A DNA stretch of 64,000 nt from the NCBI GenBank assembly GCA_040437565.1, contig JBDOQK010000038.1, forward strand, positions 124,001 to 188,000, in the 5' to 3' direction. Both the position numbers and the translations under genes were made by a program. Each line of letters starts with the position of its first letter. Position 1 is the stretch's first letter. The DNA comes from Albugo candida. Taxonomy: Eukaryota. Positions 1 through 12,576 of this stretch are shown here, piece after piece. Under the pieces are notes generated by a model. That model worked only from the letters and a program-made list of their open reading frames with translations. It was not told the DNA's origin and searched no databases.

Positions 1-1369
1 ACGGAACTGCAAAATTTAACGGAATGCCCCCCACCCCTGAGCGAATTACGAAGATGTAGTAACAGGTCGAGCATTTATCATCTTCTCCCCATCTCGCAGC
101 GGCCATTGTTTTATCCACCTTCAGTGATGCATATGGAGTTAGTACTCACCAGCCTTTCACTTTGCTGATATTTTCAGCCCACTTGCACGCCACGTAACGT
201 TCGATTCCCACCAAGCAGTCGATGATAGGAAGAGTCCGAACAACCTTCAGCACGCTGTTTACCGCCTCCGCGTTGTTTGCTTTTAAAGTGTTGTATATTG
301 GAGATGGTGAGTAAGCTATTGACCAATTTTCAGGACTAACCTCTTGTAGCCACCAAAGTACTGCTGTTCAAATTGGCGATATTCGCCTTTGCCTTCTCGT
401 AATCCACCGTTGTACGTGAACGAGCCAATATCCACGCCAAATTCTTCAACAGCTTGGACTTATATTTTGCTGAAATTTTTCATCAAATGACGGAAGCAGA
501 AAAAATGTGGGACGTCTGGTGCCGACATAAGCATAGCTATCATAAGTCCTTTGTCTCTATCCGATATCACGAACGCAGGAGATGGCTAAAGGTGAGAGAG
601 TAGGAACTTCAAAAACCAGCTCCGGTAACCTTCATTCTCTGCCGACACATAGCCCAACTCCGATAATTTGGATCTCGTGGTTTCCATTTCGAAAGCTCGC
701 AACAAGGGGAATCCCACCGATTGATGTCTTCATGAATGTGCCGTCCACGGATATCCCACGCTCACTGTATGAAGTATATGCTCGAAGCCCTTTCCGGAAA
801 TTGATAGTCAACCGCATGAATTCATCATCTACGATTTCAAGCTTGGCTTCGTAGCCTAGAATGTTTAGTGCATTCAAATAGGATGGAATGAGGCTGCATT
901 GCTCAATATCACTTCCGTATAACTCAAGCTTCAACTTTTGAGTGATTGAGCACAGTTCATATATGTAGCTGAAATCCCTTCGTTTCTCAACTTCGTTTGT
1001 ATCATCACGGGAGTCATTTTCCTACCGGATATTATGGCCATATCTTCGATTGCAGAATTTAAAGCAATTTTTTTTGCAGTTGTATATCTGCGAGACGCCT
1101 TTGACGGTTCGGATACTTCACAGGAGTGCAAAAACAAACTTCGTTGGAGGGATGAATGTATGCGAAAAGGCAAACTGCACAACGAAGAAACAGCCATGCT
1201 GTGTGCACACTGCTTTATAACGACGTTTGTCACTTGCCACCACACGAAACGGACGGTTACATTCTCGGTTGTACTCAATTACTGCTTGAATTATATCCAA
1301 CTTATTGGCATAGCTCCTGTTCTCGAAGAAGCTGCGGCTACTTTTCTGTTCTTCGTCCTCGCTTGCCAT
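1..1369 (-). mobile_element. MuDR/MULE transposase pseudogene (runs off the window start)
   Basis: Frameshifted ORFs 1118-1369 (MuDR DNA-binding-like: AVIEYNRECNRPFRVVASDKRRYKAVC), 931-1278 and 632-934 (ISVDGTFMK...IQIIGVG). The minus frame near 480-575 reads VISDRDKGL...HFFCFRHLMKNF, the MULE D...D and CxxH motifs. Confidence 0.85.
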
Positions 1370-1454
1370 TGAAATGTGTAATGTGTATATCCGTACGTAT
1401 AGTATGCTGCCTTGGTATAGTTTTCTATTTATTTATCAAATTGGTATTTTTTTC

Positions 1455-4400
1455 GGGAATTGTTATTTCCACCACACTTTTTACTATTACACCACACCAT
1501 AACTTTTAATATCACTGGTGCACCACGCAAACCACACCACACCACAGCACTCTCGTTCGCCCGATCTCTTCGCTCTCATTCGCTCAGTCTCGCTCTCATT
1601 TTCTCTCAACCTCGCTGTTGTAACCTCTGGTACTGTTTTACCCTGTGTGAAAATTGACGCGCGGTGACTTCGACTGCTGTGCAACAGTTAATGACTGATC
1701 TGAACGCCCCACAGATCTTGAAGTGTGCTTTTAACCGGAGTCTCCAACAGAAGAGCCGAATCCAACACACAGATGGTCTTTGTGGATCGAGAAGCACTTA
1801 TAGATCATGTCAAGAAGTACGGACTGGAGACAGGTTTCGCGCTCTCAATAAAACTCGGCCAAAACGCGCACCCATTCGCGTGTGGAACTTGGTTCTGACC
1901 TTGGCGGCTCATTTCCGAAGCGCAAATCAGTCCACCTTGTTCCAGAAAAGAACCAACGTGAAAGCGGGACACGTATGACCGACTTCAAGTGGAAAGCAAT
2001 TGGAATTCAGCGGGACGTTGGATGGCATCTAGAAGTGAAGTGAGGTGAGCAAAACCAAAACCCCTCGCCCAACCTTGCTGAACATCCGAGTTGCCGGCGT
2101 CTGAACAATTAAGCAACAGAGTCTGTCGAGCAGATGATAGAAGCTGGTGTGCCCGCGCCCCAAGTTCTGACATCATTACGCCAAGAGGTCCCAGCAAGTT
2201 TGGCGATCGAAAGAACGATCTATAACGCCAAATCAAAACGTCGTCGCGTAATACTGGACGTCTGAACACCTATTCAAGCGCTGATGGACGAGCTTGAATC
2301 CGACGAGTTCTATTGCGCTCGAATGCAGCGCCGACGGCAGTGTGAAGCGACCCTTTTTTGCGCATGTCAACTTTGTGGCGCTCGCCAAACAGTTCAGTTT
2401 AGTGCTCTTGTTAGACTGCACTTACAAGACCGGCCGGTTCCGGATGCCGTTGCTGTACTTTGTCGGCCGCACAAGCTTGAACACCAGCTTCTCGATTGGA
2501 TTTGCCTATCGAAGCGGAGAAGCTAAACTTGATTATGTGTGGGCTTTGAAGGAGGTTGGCCAGCTGTATGTCAATGAAGCACTTCTGGCTGTGGTGGTTT
2601 CCGATGCAGATGCGTCATTGGCAGCAGCACTCGCACGTGTAGCTCCTGGCTCCTGCCACCTTTTGTGATTGTGGCACATTGAAAAGAATCTTCTCGCAAG
2701 GACAAAGGCACATTTCAAAGAAGACGACCACCATGAGGCACTTCTGCATCTGTGGACCGGCCTTTGTCAGGACCGCACACCTGACGAGTTTTAATTACGC
2801 AGGGATCACATTTTACCAAGTTCTCGGATTTGCCGGCAGTGTACACTTATCTCAGTGAAACATGGCTTGTGCGCAAAGAGAAGTTTGTCGCAGATTGGAC
2901 AAGCGATTACCAACATCTCCGTAATACATGCACATCGACGGCAGAGGGGGCTCATGCATCACTGAAGCGGTACTTGCAGGTCAGCACCGGCGATCTTCAC
3001 GGCGGTAATGAGCGCATTGCCCAGCTTTTGACGAATAAATTCAAAGAATTCCGCCGCTGTTGAGACGCAGCAAACCAGAATGCCGCATTATTTACGAAAA
3101 ATTCCGGCATATGCGGATTTGAGAGGTACATACAGCACACGTTGCGATTGATCGATACACAGCGTGCTTTGATGCTCCGCAGCGCGGCTACCAATCAACC
3201 ATTACGGGAGTGCAGCGATGCATTCAGCACAACGCTTGGCCTACCCTAGGCTCATGACATAAGAAAATTGTGCGGAAAGGAACCAATCGGTCTTGGTTGC
3301 ATTGCACAGCATTGGCACCTGAATTACCAACAGCCGGGTGAAGACGGCGAGGTCCGCATCTCGGAGCTGAGCTGTGCATTGGATCGGCTGCAGGAGGTAT
3401 CCAGATCATGGCCCACAGTCAAACGCGCGATCGCTTGCGCGCTGATTGACAAGTTGCTGGCTGTTCAGATGCCGTCCCTCGGCGATCCCGCTATGGTGAA
3501 AGCCAACGGCAGGCCTGTTGGGACCAAAAACAAGCAGAAGTCGTCGACAAAGCGAAATACATCTGGATTTGAGCATGCCACAAAACGTCGCCGTCATTGC
3601 ACTCTGTGTGGCAAAGCCAACCTTAACAAACGCTTTTGCGCGAAGAAGCTGAACAAGAAAATGAAGATGCGCCTGGAGGAGGAGAAGATGTGCCCAGAGA
3701 AGGGAAATCAAAGTACACCCAAGCCGCCGAGAATCCTGAGCTTCTGCGCTGGCGAAGATGTGACGGACGTGCAGGGTGACGAAAACTGCGGCTTTCGTGC
3801 TGTGGCTTTGGCGTTGTTCGGGAAGGAGGATGCATGGCCCATAGTGCGAATTAGCATGGCCCCGCATCTTCGCAATAACAAGGAATTTTACATCGAGCAA
3901 CTTCCGGAGCCAAGTTCGCCTGTCAAATTTGAGAGATTCGCGCAAGAAACCGAGCACGCCGAATCGCCGGCCTCCTACGGCTACGGCTACTGGCTCTCCG
4001 CGCCACAACACATGATAATTGCGGCAAAAATATTTGCCAGGCCATTCGTTCTGCTGCACAATGGCAACGGCTTCCGGACTTCGTCATTCACGTTTATTCC
4101 GAGCGATTTTGTTCCCGGTCGGCGTTTGATCCCAATGATGTTCACGCCGGCCACGAGCCATTTCCAAGTCCCTCAGCTGTTGGATAATGGGCCTATCCCG
4201 CCATTATACTTTGGGCCGCTGTGCTGCAACTTTGATGCGCCCTCCGTCCGTCAATGGCGGGGTTTGCCTGGCCCCCGCCTTGCTACAACGGCAGGAACAA
4301 CCACAACCGCTTTCACATTCCTAGAGGACAAATCGGTTGTTGCTATCAAAACGAAGTTAAAAAGAACAAAGGCAAAATCGGTACGCGAGAAATTTAGGAA

Positions 4401-4653
4401 GTAGAATTTAGTTAGTTTGTGTAGAGTCGTTTGACACAATTTAGCCAAGTAGAAAAACCAGACGACTTGACAAGGTTAATAAACGCGACCTTTCCAGAAC
4501 TTCTAGCAAATGAGAGCGAGACTGAGCGAATGAGAGCGAAGAGATCGGGCGAACGAGAGTGCTGTGGTGTGGTGTGGTTCGCGTGGTGTGGTCCACGTGG
4601 TGTCGTACACCTGTGATATTAAAAGTTACGGTGTGGTGGAAATAACAATCCCC
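1455..4653 (+). mobile_element. Complete MULE (FAR1-type) DNA transposon with ~150-bp TIRs; disrupted transposase fused to a Zn knuckle and an OTU domain
   Basis: Left TIR gggaattgttatttccaccacac...ctcgctctcatt (1455-~1612) is inverted at ~4509-4653. T-rich flanks tttttttc/ttttttta suggest an imperfect TSD. Internal motifs: LLLDCTYKT, VVSDAD, CHLL*LWHIEKN, TSTAEGAHASLK. Confidence 0.92.
3268..4404 (+). CDS. C-terminal part of the MULE polyprotein: degenerate Zn knuckle plus OTU-like cysteine protease
   Basis: CTLCGKANLNKRFC knuckle; VQGDENCGFRAVALAL (OTU Cys box), YWL and SHFQ (His box) all lie in one open frame. Confidence 0.8.
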   Translation: MCGKEPIGLGCIAQHWHLNYQQPGEDGEVRISELSCALDRLQEVSRSWPTVKRAIACALIDKLLAVQMPSLGDPAMVKANGRPVGTKNKQKSSTKRNTSGFEHATKRRRHCTLCGKANLNKRFCAKKLNKKMKMRLEEEKMCPEKGNQSTPKPPRILSFCAGEDVTDVQGDENCGFRAVALALFGKEDAWPIVRISMAPHLRNNKEFYIEQLPEPSSPVKFERFAQETEHAESPASYGYGYWLSAPQHMIIAAKIFARPFVLLHNGNGFRTSSFTFIPSDFVPGRRLIPMMFTPATSHFQVPQLLDNGPIPPLYFGPLCCNFDAPSVRQWRGLPGPRLATTAGTTTTAFTFLEDKSVVAIKTKLKRTKAKSVREKFRK

Positions 4654-5549
4654 TTTTTTTATAATCCCTTAAATAATGCTTGGAATAATTTGGATTCCAA
4701 AAAATCTAAATTTAAATGAACATATTCGAAAAATAGCTTTACGAAACTGCTTGGATTTGTTAAAAAAAATTTGCCCGAAATTGAAACAAAAAAAATGTTG
4801 GTTTTAGGGGAGTCGCACCATAGTATTGAGTGGTGGGATGGTGCGCACAATTGCGTTTTTTTGTGTGAAGGACCGTGAGAAGGGCTTATGAACGCTCAAT
4901 AGAATGAATTTGAATTTCGTTCAATATCGCTATTTGTGTGCGTTGTCTTTTTTCTGTGATGAACACAAAAATAGGATGACATTTCCGTACTTCAGGTGTT
5001 CGCACAAATTATTTCTCGGGAACTGCAATTGTGTGGTGGACATTAGATGTGGCGCAGTTCCTATCCTTTCGCACGTACAGAGGTTCAAGATTGTAGCGCT
5101 GTCTAGCAATCTTACAATGCATGTATCGTAGTGAGTATGGTGATGAAACAGAGAATTGTATAGTATTCAATAATGTTGAGACGAGAATGACTGCGTTTAC
5201 GATCGCACCGATGCGCCTTGAAATGATTCAAATTTGTGAATTAATTGATAGATCTGACTATATTTGAAGTTATCAACTTCTTATTTTCCGATGTATGCAA
5301 TATCCGTAATATGGGTCTTAAAAAGAAATACCGCGGAAAAGATTGACAATGGTCGACCCGCTTCTTGCTTGCGGAAGAAGGAATGAACATCGATCCAAAC
5401 AGGCCTTACGAAGAGAGGTTTCTCATTTACTGTTGCTTGGTCTTTGTTGCAATTGTTCAAAGTGACTCAAAAACATAATGGACGATACAATCATTGTGAA
5501 GAGGAAAAAAACTTGTATAAAAAGACACTACAATTCAGAAGACGGTAAC

Positions 5550-6140
5550 TCAATCGTGCATTTTCACATAAGCGGAATGTATATCGTCAAAACGTAGCAG
5601 ATTGATAATCAGACCCTTCATTTGACAAACTTTGTTGATTATGTTATAGGAGGTGCCTACGCAAGCTTCATTCTGTATGCAGTGAACTTTGTAGTCGTGA
5701 ATGGCAGGCTTTTTCGTTGGAAGGTCAAGATCAATTCCAAAGATGTAGACGTTGATAAGGTATCCCTTTGCTGGTGTGCATGTTGCTTTTCCACCGATAA
5801 CAGGAATACATTGATTACTTCTCCCACACAAATTCAAGTTGCATGGACCAGGAGGTGGATCCGGTCTACTTTTAGTGATACAATATATTGAACGGCCAGT
5901 GTTCGGGGTTGGATTGACTGTTGGCTTTGAAGTAAGTATTATGGCCTGGCACACAATGCTGGTGGCAGAAAGAAATGTTGGCAAGATTGCAGATGCGTTG
6001 AAAAAGTTGACTTGAAGGGCGTTGATGCATATTCGAACATCATTCACAGTAATGGAATTAATGTTTTGCCACGTAAAGTTGGCATTTTCCAGAAGTGTGA
6101 CATCACAGAATACGTGGTGAAATTGAGTAGCGATGACCAT
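5550..6140 (-). CDS. Cys-rich protein with an EGF-like cluster and a C-terminal PAN/apple-like domain; probably secreted, 5' end uncertain
   Basis: 196-aa ORF containing CNLNLCGRSNQCIPVIGGKATC and HDYKVHCIQNEACVGTSYNIINKVCQMK. It aligns by eye with 18804-19445. The signal peptide is weak. Confidence 0.65.
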   Translation of the reverse strand: MVIATQFHHVFCDVTLLENANFTWQNINSITVNDVRICINALQVNFFNASAILPTFLSATSIVCQAIILTSKPTVNPTPNTGRSIYCITKSRPDPPPGPCNLNLCGRSNQCIPVIGGKATCTPAKGYLINVYIFGIDLDLPTKKPAIHDYKVHCIQNEACVGTSYNIINKVCQMKGLIINLLRFDDIHSAYVKMHD

Positions 6141-7329
6141 GGCGGATCGGACAAATATCTTTCACATGAGAGTGTTTGTATCGACGACGAAACCAGCAAT
6201 TAAGATGAACTGATCGGTGACAAGCAAAGTAGTTGGTTTATACTATTATATTATAGAGCATTCCTTCTTACAGTAGGATAGATGCTGAGCTTAAACTATA
6301 TTACTCCATAGGAGAATCAGATCATAGCATGGACTGTGTGCAGATGCTTGCATTTTGTGCTGAGCGGACCGGGAGAAATGCTCAAAAGGCTTCCCCTAGT
6401 TTCAGAAAGTGTGCGTTCGGTATCGCGCTTTTTCTTACCAACATCTGCATTTCATTTACGTGATAAATACTCAAATAGGAAGATGTGTTTCGTGGTTAAG
6501 TGTTCACACAAACCATCCCTGAAGGGTGTGGTGAACACAAAATGTGTGTCACGTTGTATGTGTTCGCATGGTGTGTTCGCATGGAAAAGGCTGCGCAAAG
6601 AAAAGAGCGTTTAGTTTGTGTGTACAAGTGAGTGTGATGATGAGATCTTACTTATAGTAATTGCGTACTGTACGGACCGAACATGGCGGTAAACTTGAGA
6701 ATGAGCGGGACGCTTATCGAGGAGAATCGACTCAATTTTATATAAAATGTCGTTATTCAATGGATAGATTTGACTATACATGTAGGGCTTTCCCTTCTCA
6801 ACACAAGCTTTATGTAATATTTGAAACATGAGGCTTGAAAAATCATAAACCGCTGCTGTTATTCGTTTCAAGCAATGTCAGTAAAATGCACGTAAATTGT
6901 TTTTTTTTCAAATGACATGTGCACATGCTCAAGGTGAATTAATGCATTGTTCTTGAACAGTACAAGTATCGCATGTACCACGCGGATATTTCAATCAGAA
7001 TCGTGATAGGCTGTTAGCGACGTTAAAGTTTATACGACCAAGTCACATAATGTTACAGCACAAGTTTGGGGTCCAAACATCGAAAAGCATGGGCCATCGT
7101 ACCGTTTCATGCCTTCTACAGAATCCTGCGATTTCTTCATTACTGGACGTGACCATACCAATTTTGATCAAGTTGTCCATATTACTAGAATTAGAATAAC
7201 TGACATCTTAGGGTAGCTAGGTTATCTTAACTAACAATTATATATATAAATAACGTTTCATGTGGAAACCTGTGCGATATGATAATGTGTCGTCTCGCTA
7301 ATAGTTTTGTTTTGCAGTAGTCTCAAATC

Positions 7330-10300
7330 ACCACTAGATGAGACTGTGTCCAGCTGGTGAAATTGTACCTTTTCCAAAAGTGCGCGTTCCCAAATTGGTG
7401 TTCACCTCCTTAGGGGGAACGTAGCCAACCAACTACGACTATGATCGAAGTTGCACCTGCGTTTCGATTGCCTGTGCGCACCCGCATCGAAGATTTTCCA
7501 CTCCTGAACATCCACCAAATGATCCTTGCGTCACGAGTTGATTGAACACCTTTGAAATACAAATGAGTTCGACTAAAAGGACGATGCATCAGATACATCG
7601 TCCTTGTAGAATTTTATGCAGAATAGTTTCTTCTTTGGCCATTTGTCGCAATCTTCATCGAAGTCTTGGAGACTGCGGATCTCCAACTTGGAGAATTTGT
7701 ATCGTCCTCCAGGCCAAGGATTGTCGGGAAATTTTGCGAGCTCGGTTTGAGAGTGGCAGCTTCATGATGCGATACTTTTTCCTAATGCGCAGGATCTTAA
7801 AGCAACTAATACGCAAATCTGGAAGGGGGAAGTGTATTCTTTTCCCATCAAAAAAGAAATTTGAACTTTCGACAATAACATAAGAATTTTTTGCTGTTTA
7901 AGTGTACGTGCGTCGAATCTTTTGATACGCCCAGGTGCACAGTGTAACGACACAGATGTTATTAAATCCATCGACTGCACAACCAGCCAGACATAATAGA
8001 CAGTACGTGATCGTTCAACCCCTTCACCAAACCTATCATAAGAACGCTTGTCAATACTTGATAGAACCATCGGATGAAACACTGTGTGGCAAAACGGAAT
8101 GCTGGAAATACTTGACCGAATATTCTGGAATCATTATGGTCAAATTGGGAATACGAGAACACGGCATGGTCTGATTCAACGAGAGCAAAGATGACTTACT
8201 CAATTTTCGTTTCGCATTAGATCCTTACGAATAGACTTAAACGAGTTCGGGTTGCGTAAAAGAATATTTGGTGTCTCTGAAAGCAATGTCGAATCGTCCG
8301 CGAAGAATAGTACATGGAGGCGCCTTGCCATTGATCCGAATCCCATGTTCTTCGTGTTGCCAAATTAGTTTTCTCAAAGATTCGATCGCTATCATTAAAA
8401 GTAACGCTGGTAGAGGATTACCTTGTTTTACTCCACGTTGCGATGTAATGGACGGTGTGGAATTTCAATTAATCCTCAACTACGCCTTCGTGTTGGTGCA
8501 TAAAAGGGAATCCAGGCGATTAAATTTCTTTAACGCCCATTTTTTCTCATGCACGAAACATTTACGTTCACTTGATTCGATCATAAGGTGTATTCAAGTC
8601 GCGAAAAGTCGCATACGCTTCCTCCCATGATTAGTGACCAAGTCTTGTATGTCGGTGACATATCGAATGTGTTGACGCATCGTCCGTCCCCGCACAAAAG
8701 CTTTCTGATCTTGATGGATCAATTACTGCAAAAACCGTTGCAATCGATGCGCCAACACTGTTTAAAGTACTTTCACATGGAGAAAAAGTAGTGCGATTGA
8801 TCGATAGTTACCAGGATCAAGAAGTGATCGGTTTTTTATGTAACAATTTGATTGCCGAGTAACTTTGTGATCCAAGTAAGATATTTCATTGCAGCTGATA
8901 TTCGAACACGATCTTCGGAAACTCGCCGTACGTTTCCGGATCGAGATGATAGTGCAGCTGGTAGTCCATCCTTACCTGGAGAAGAACTCCTCCGCGTGTG
9001 CTTGATTGCTTCCGCCATCTTGGTCGTAATTGAGTGAGTTGAGAGACGATGTTGCTCTTTCGACGCAAACTTGAATCGAATCTAATACATTTTTATGTTT
9101 TATGTCGCATGGATCAGCTGATTCGTTCTCGGAGCTTTAGAGAGAGCCCATGCAACTACCCCAATGATCTCTAGATTCATCAATTTGTTCCTTCGTGTTT
9201 GATGTCACGCGACGACGAGAACTATCCGGAGGGGAAAAAAAAGTTGTTGGAGTTCGTAATATGCTTCATGTGATGATTGAAGATTTCATCTTGTTTGTAT
9301 TTGGCTTTGTTTTCCACCTGAAATTGGAAATGTTGGAGATTTGATTTGTAAATTGCCATGGCTGATTGGTATCCTGAGTGCGAAATCGAGCTGCTGCAGC
9401 TTCCAGAACACGCTCGTCAAACTCAGCATCATGTCGGTTGTCTTGGAATATCTTTTGTAGAGTGACTTGAAGCTTTTTCTTGATTAAGTCTTCCAACTTT
9501 CCCACATTTTTCCGAGATTCGAAGTTGTCCGCAACTGTTCGAGCACCAAATTCGCTTCCGATCTGATTGCTTCGACAAGTTGAGGATATTCAAATAGTCG
9601 TAATGAACATTTCCAATATCCTCGACCCGGAGATTGAGTTGGATTTGCAAAAGTTACTTTTTGTGCAAGATGATCTCTTGCATGTCGTGAACGGAAATAA
9701 TATGAGATTTTGTATACCATATTGAATAGCTCTTCCGACATGCAGATATAATCGAGTCGATTAATGCGCGGTGATGGTCCTATAAATACTTTTCCAGTCG
9801 TATGTTGGTTTCTCCAAGCTTCTATCACACCCAACTGTGAACGCCATTCCAAACACTCTAATGGACTCGATTCGTGTCGTATTGTTCCACTCGAAGCATC
9901 GATAGCTGGATCGAGTGATGTATTGAAATCAACATTTACGGTATGTGTTGCGTTCGATTCGATATTCTTGGAGAGCAGTAAGTCATAAAAAGCCACTCGT
10001 TCCTCGGCCTTGACCGCTGCATATACATTGTAAATATACACCGGTGCCTCGTGAATGCGAAGAGCACAACCAAATCGCGATTTCGAATGCTTCGCTCGGG
10101 GCGTTCTTCAGCTTTTGTATAACCGGGAAAGTCCGAACGAAGGATTGTCAAGACGCCGCCACTGCGGTTTTAAGTCAGATGAAGAAAAGCACTGCTGTGA
10201 TTATTTATTTAACTAAAACGAGTTCGGTTGGTTGTGATCGTGAAACTTGGTTTCTTGAACACAACAAATGGAGTGTTGTGATAGGACGTGGTCGATAAAA

Positions 10301-12561
10301 AGATGACCATTTTTACGAATTCTATGAACATTCACCGTTAGTGCTGAGATAATATTCCACGTTGAAGTAGTCGAGGGTGTCTTAGCATTTACGATGAAGT
10401 GGACTATGAATCAATTCTTTGTCACCAACTTTAATGATGAGGTGTAGTGTTGGTAATTCTTCCGGGAAAAAAGGAAGTATTGAGGAAGAGCTCGTCCATA
10501 TCACCACAGATGGTTCCTTGTTATTTCCTTTTAAGGCATTAGAACAAACACTTGATGCCTACTTCTGAACGTGACAACAAGATTAGCACATTGGTGAACA
10601 ATAATCGGCAATGACGGCTCGGAATAAAAATCACGTCCTCGTTAGTGAAATATTGGACTTGATAATCATTTACGTAATTAGTGGCGTCAGTATACAGAGC
10701 AGTATTTCCATCATGGCGAGAACTTTCGTTGCTATTGTGAAACCGAGAACTTGTTCCAGCACTGAACATCTTCATTTAAAACAAGAGCAGCGAATACTCT
10801 ATTAATACTTAGAAGATGCTCCACGTCTTCTAAGTCACTACCATTAGACTCCATACACGAGCGTAGCACACCATGCACTGGTATAGATGACCAAGTGCTA
10901 CTGGGATGATTCTGTCTGGATTCGTGGAGATTTGTTCGAGTCTTCTCACATGACGGATATGTGCATCGGTTTGGATCAACTTGGTCGGATGATATTTTTG
11001 GAATTAATTGCCAAAACTCTCCCACCTTGCAAACTCGGTTGGTTCCTCCGCTTTTATAATTTTTGTGTGGCATTTCCGAATAAATTGAGCAGCCTCTTTC
11101 GAAGTGGCTAGTTTTTCTGGCATCCGTGCTCCATACCCGGACTTGCCAACCGCTTCGACTTCTTTTGAATCCACCTCTACTATTGCGAGCACGGAGTAGT
11201 AATTACTCGTTGCCAACTCAGGTAGAGCACAAGGGCGTGCGCAAACATGAGACGAGAAGTATCCATACGTTGACGTTTACAGCACGAGCGAGACAACTGC
11301 ATGTCGCTTTCCCGTCCTAGTCCACTGATTTTGATAATACCAGTGGAGCTGGGTTTCCCTCAAGTACGAGAAGGGTTGGTTGCGGCACTTGTGGTGTGAC
11401 GTACGGAGGAGAGTTGGGCATCAACGATACTTGGCCGGTAGATTTCTTTCCACTATTGTGTCGCTTCTTTTTCGATCGGAATCGGCATATCGATGGGTTT
11501 CGAGGTGATCACGATACCATTTTTCTTGTCATTTTTTTTGGTTTTGGATCTGCACTAAACGGAATAGAAGGCGCTATTAATTACAAGCAGTATGGGTGAC
11601 ATCGATCGAAACGTGGTCACTCTTTCTGAATAGGAGCATTCTTTTACCGCGATTTTCTCGCATACCTTCCCAACTCAGACCGCTCCTTCAGGGCAAGTGG
11701 AGGACGCAAATTAAATTCTCCACTTCGATATTACGACCGCCTCCTTCGGGTAAATGTGCTTCTTGAAAGACATCGAGAAGGATTGTGGAGGGATTTCAAA
11801 TTACCCTCCCATTCTACATCAAGCACGACACCGATTACATCCAGATAGTATCGGCGTTCTAAGTCGTACTCATTAGAAAGGTATATGTCATCCAGAACGG
11901 TGATTGACGTGCACTGGAGCTATCCACGCGTCCGTGGACGTCGCCCATCCGATCAGCATATCTTACTGCGAGTTAAAAAACTTGTACAGTCTGACAACTA
12001 TCGAGGAGAGATTCAAACGCCAAGTTGCAGTGATCTCGAAGGAGTCACGTCAGAATTTTCTTACCGAGAAGGCGGGTCAAATTCTGACCCGTTTCCGAAG
12101 AGATTGGGGAAATTACTTTTGTAATCTTTGAGGGCCTGGCTGGCTAGATGTTGGCGGCCACAACTGATCGTTCCGTATACACTCCGGCATATGGTGTTGA
12201 AATTGCTACAACATTCGATGCTTTCGGCTTTGAGAGCTCCACGCGGTAGTGCGTTTTCGCTCTAGCCTTGTATTTGCGCAAGGACTATGCGACATAAAAT
12301 GTCTGCCAAAATGGGACGTTTGATGTCGTCCACACTTGCAGTTGTCTTGGCACAAGCCTGTGACGATGCATTGCCCGTACCACCATTGCCACCCTCAACC
12401 GTCACGATAAAAGTGAGGTTTCTCTCCACATCATCACAAAAGGTTGATGACTACTCAGCAATCATACAATCACCCAATGCAGGGGTGACTCACGAGGGTT
12501 GCCACGTCACTACTAGTGGACGCTAAAACCCTTGTTGTGTCCATATGTCGACTTGAACCAT
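7330..12561 (-). mobile_element. Decayed L1/Tx1-like non-LTR retrotransposon (ORF1 plus APE-RT)
   Basis: APE motifs in 9484-10041 (YNVYA, DFN, RLDYI, DH, GYWK); SPGKDGLP near 8970; LFFADDSTLL near 8290-8310. Many stops and frameshifts. Paralogous to 40195-45827. Confidence 0.9.
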
Positions 12562-12576
12562 TCCGTTTGGAGGAAG

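Noticed and set aside
3406-4059. 217-aa antisense ORF and the many other short ORFs in the track
   Set aside because: These are shadow frames of TE coding sequence or random ORFs with no recognisable motifs.
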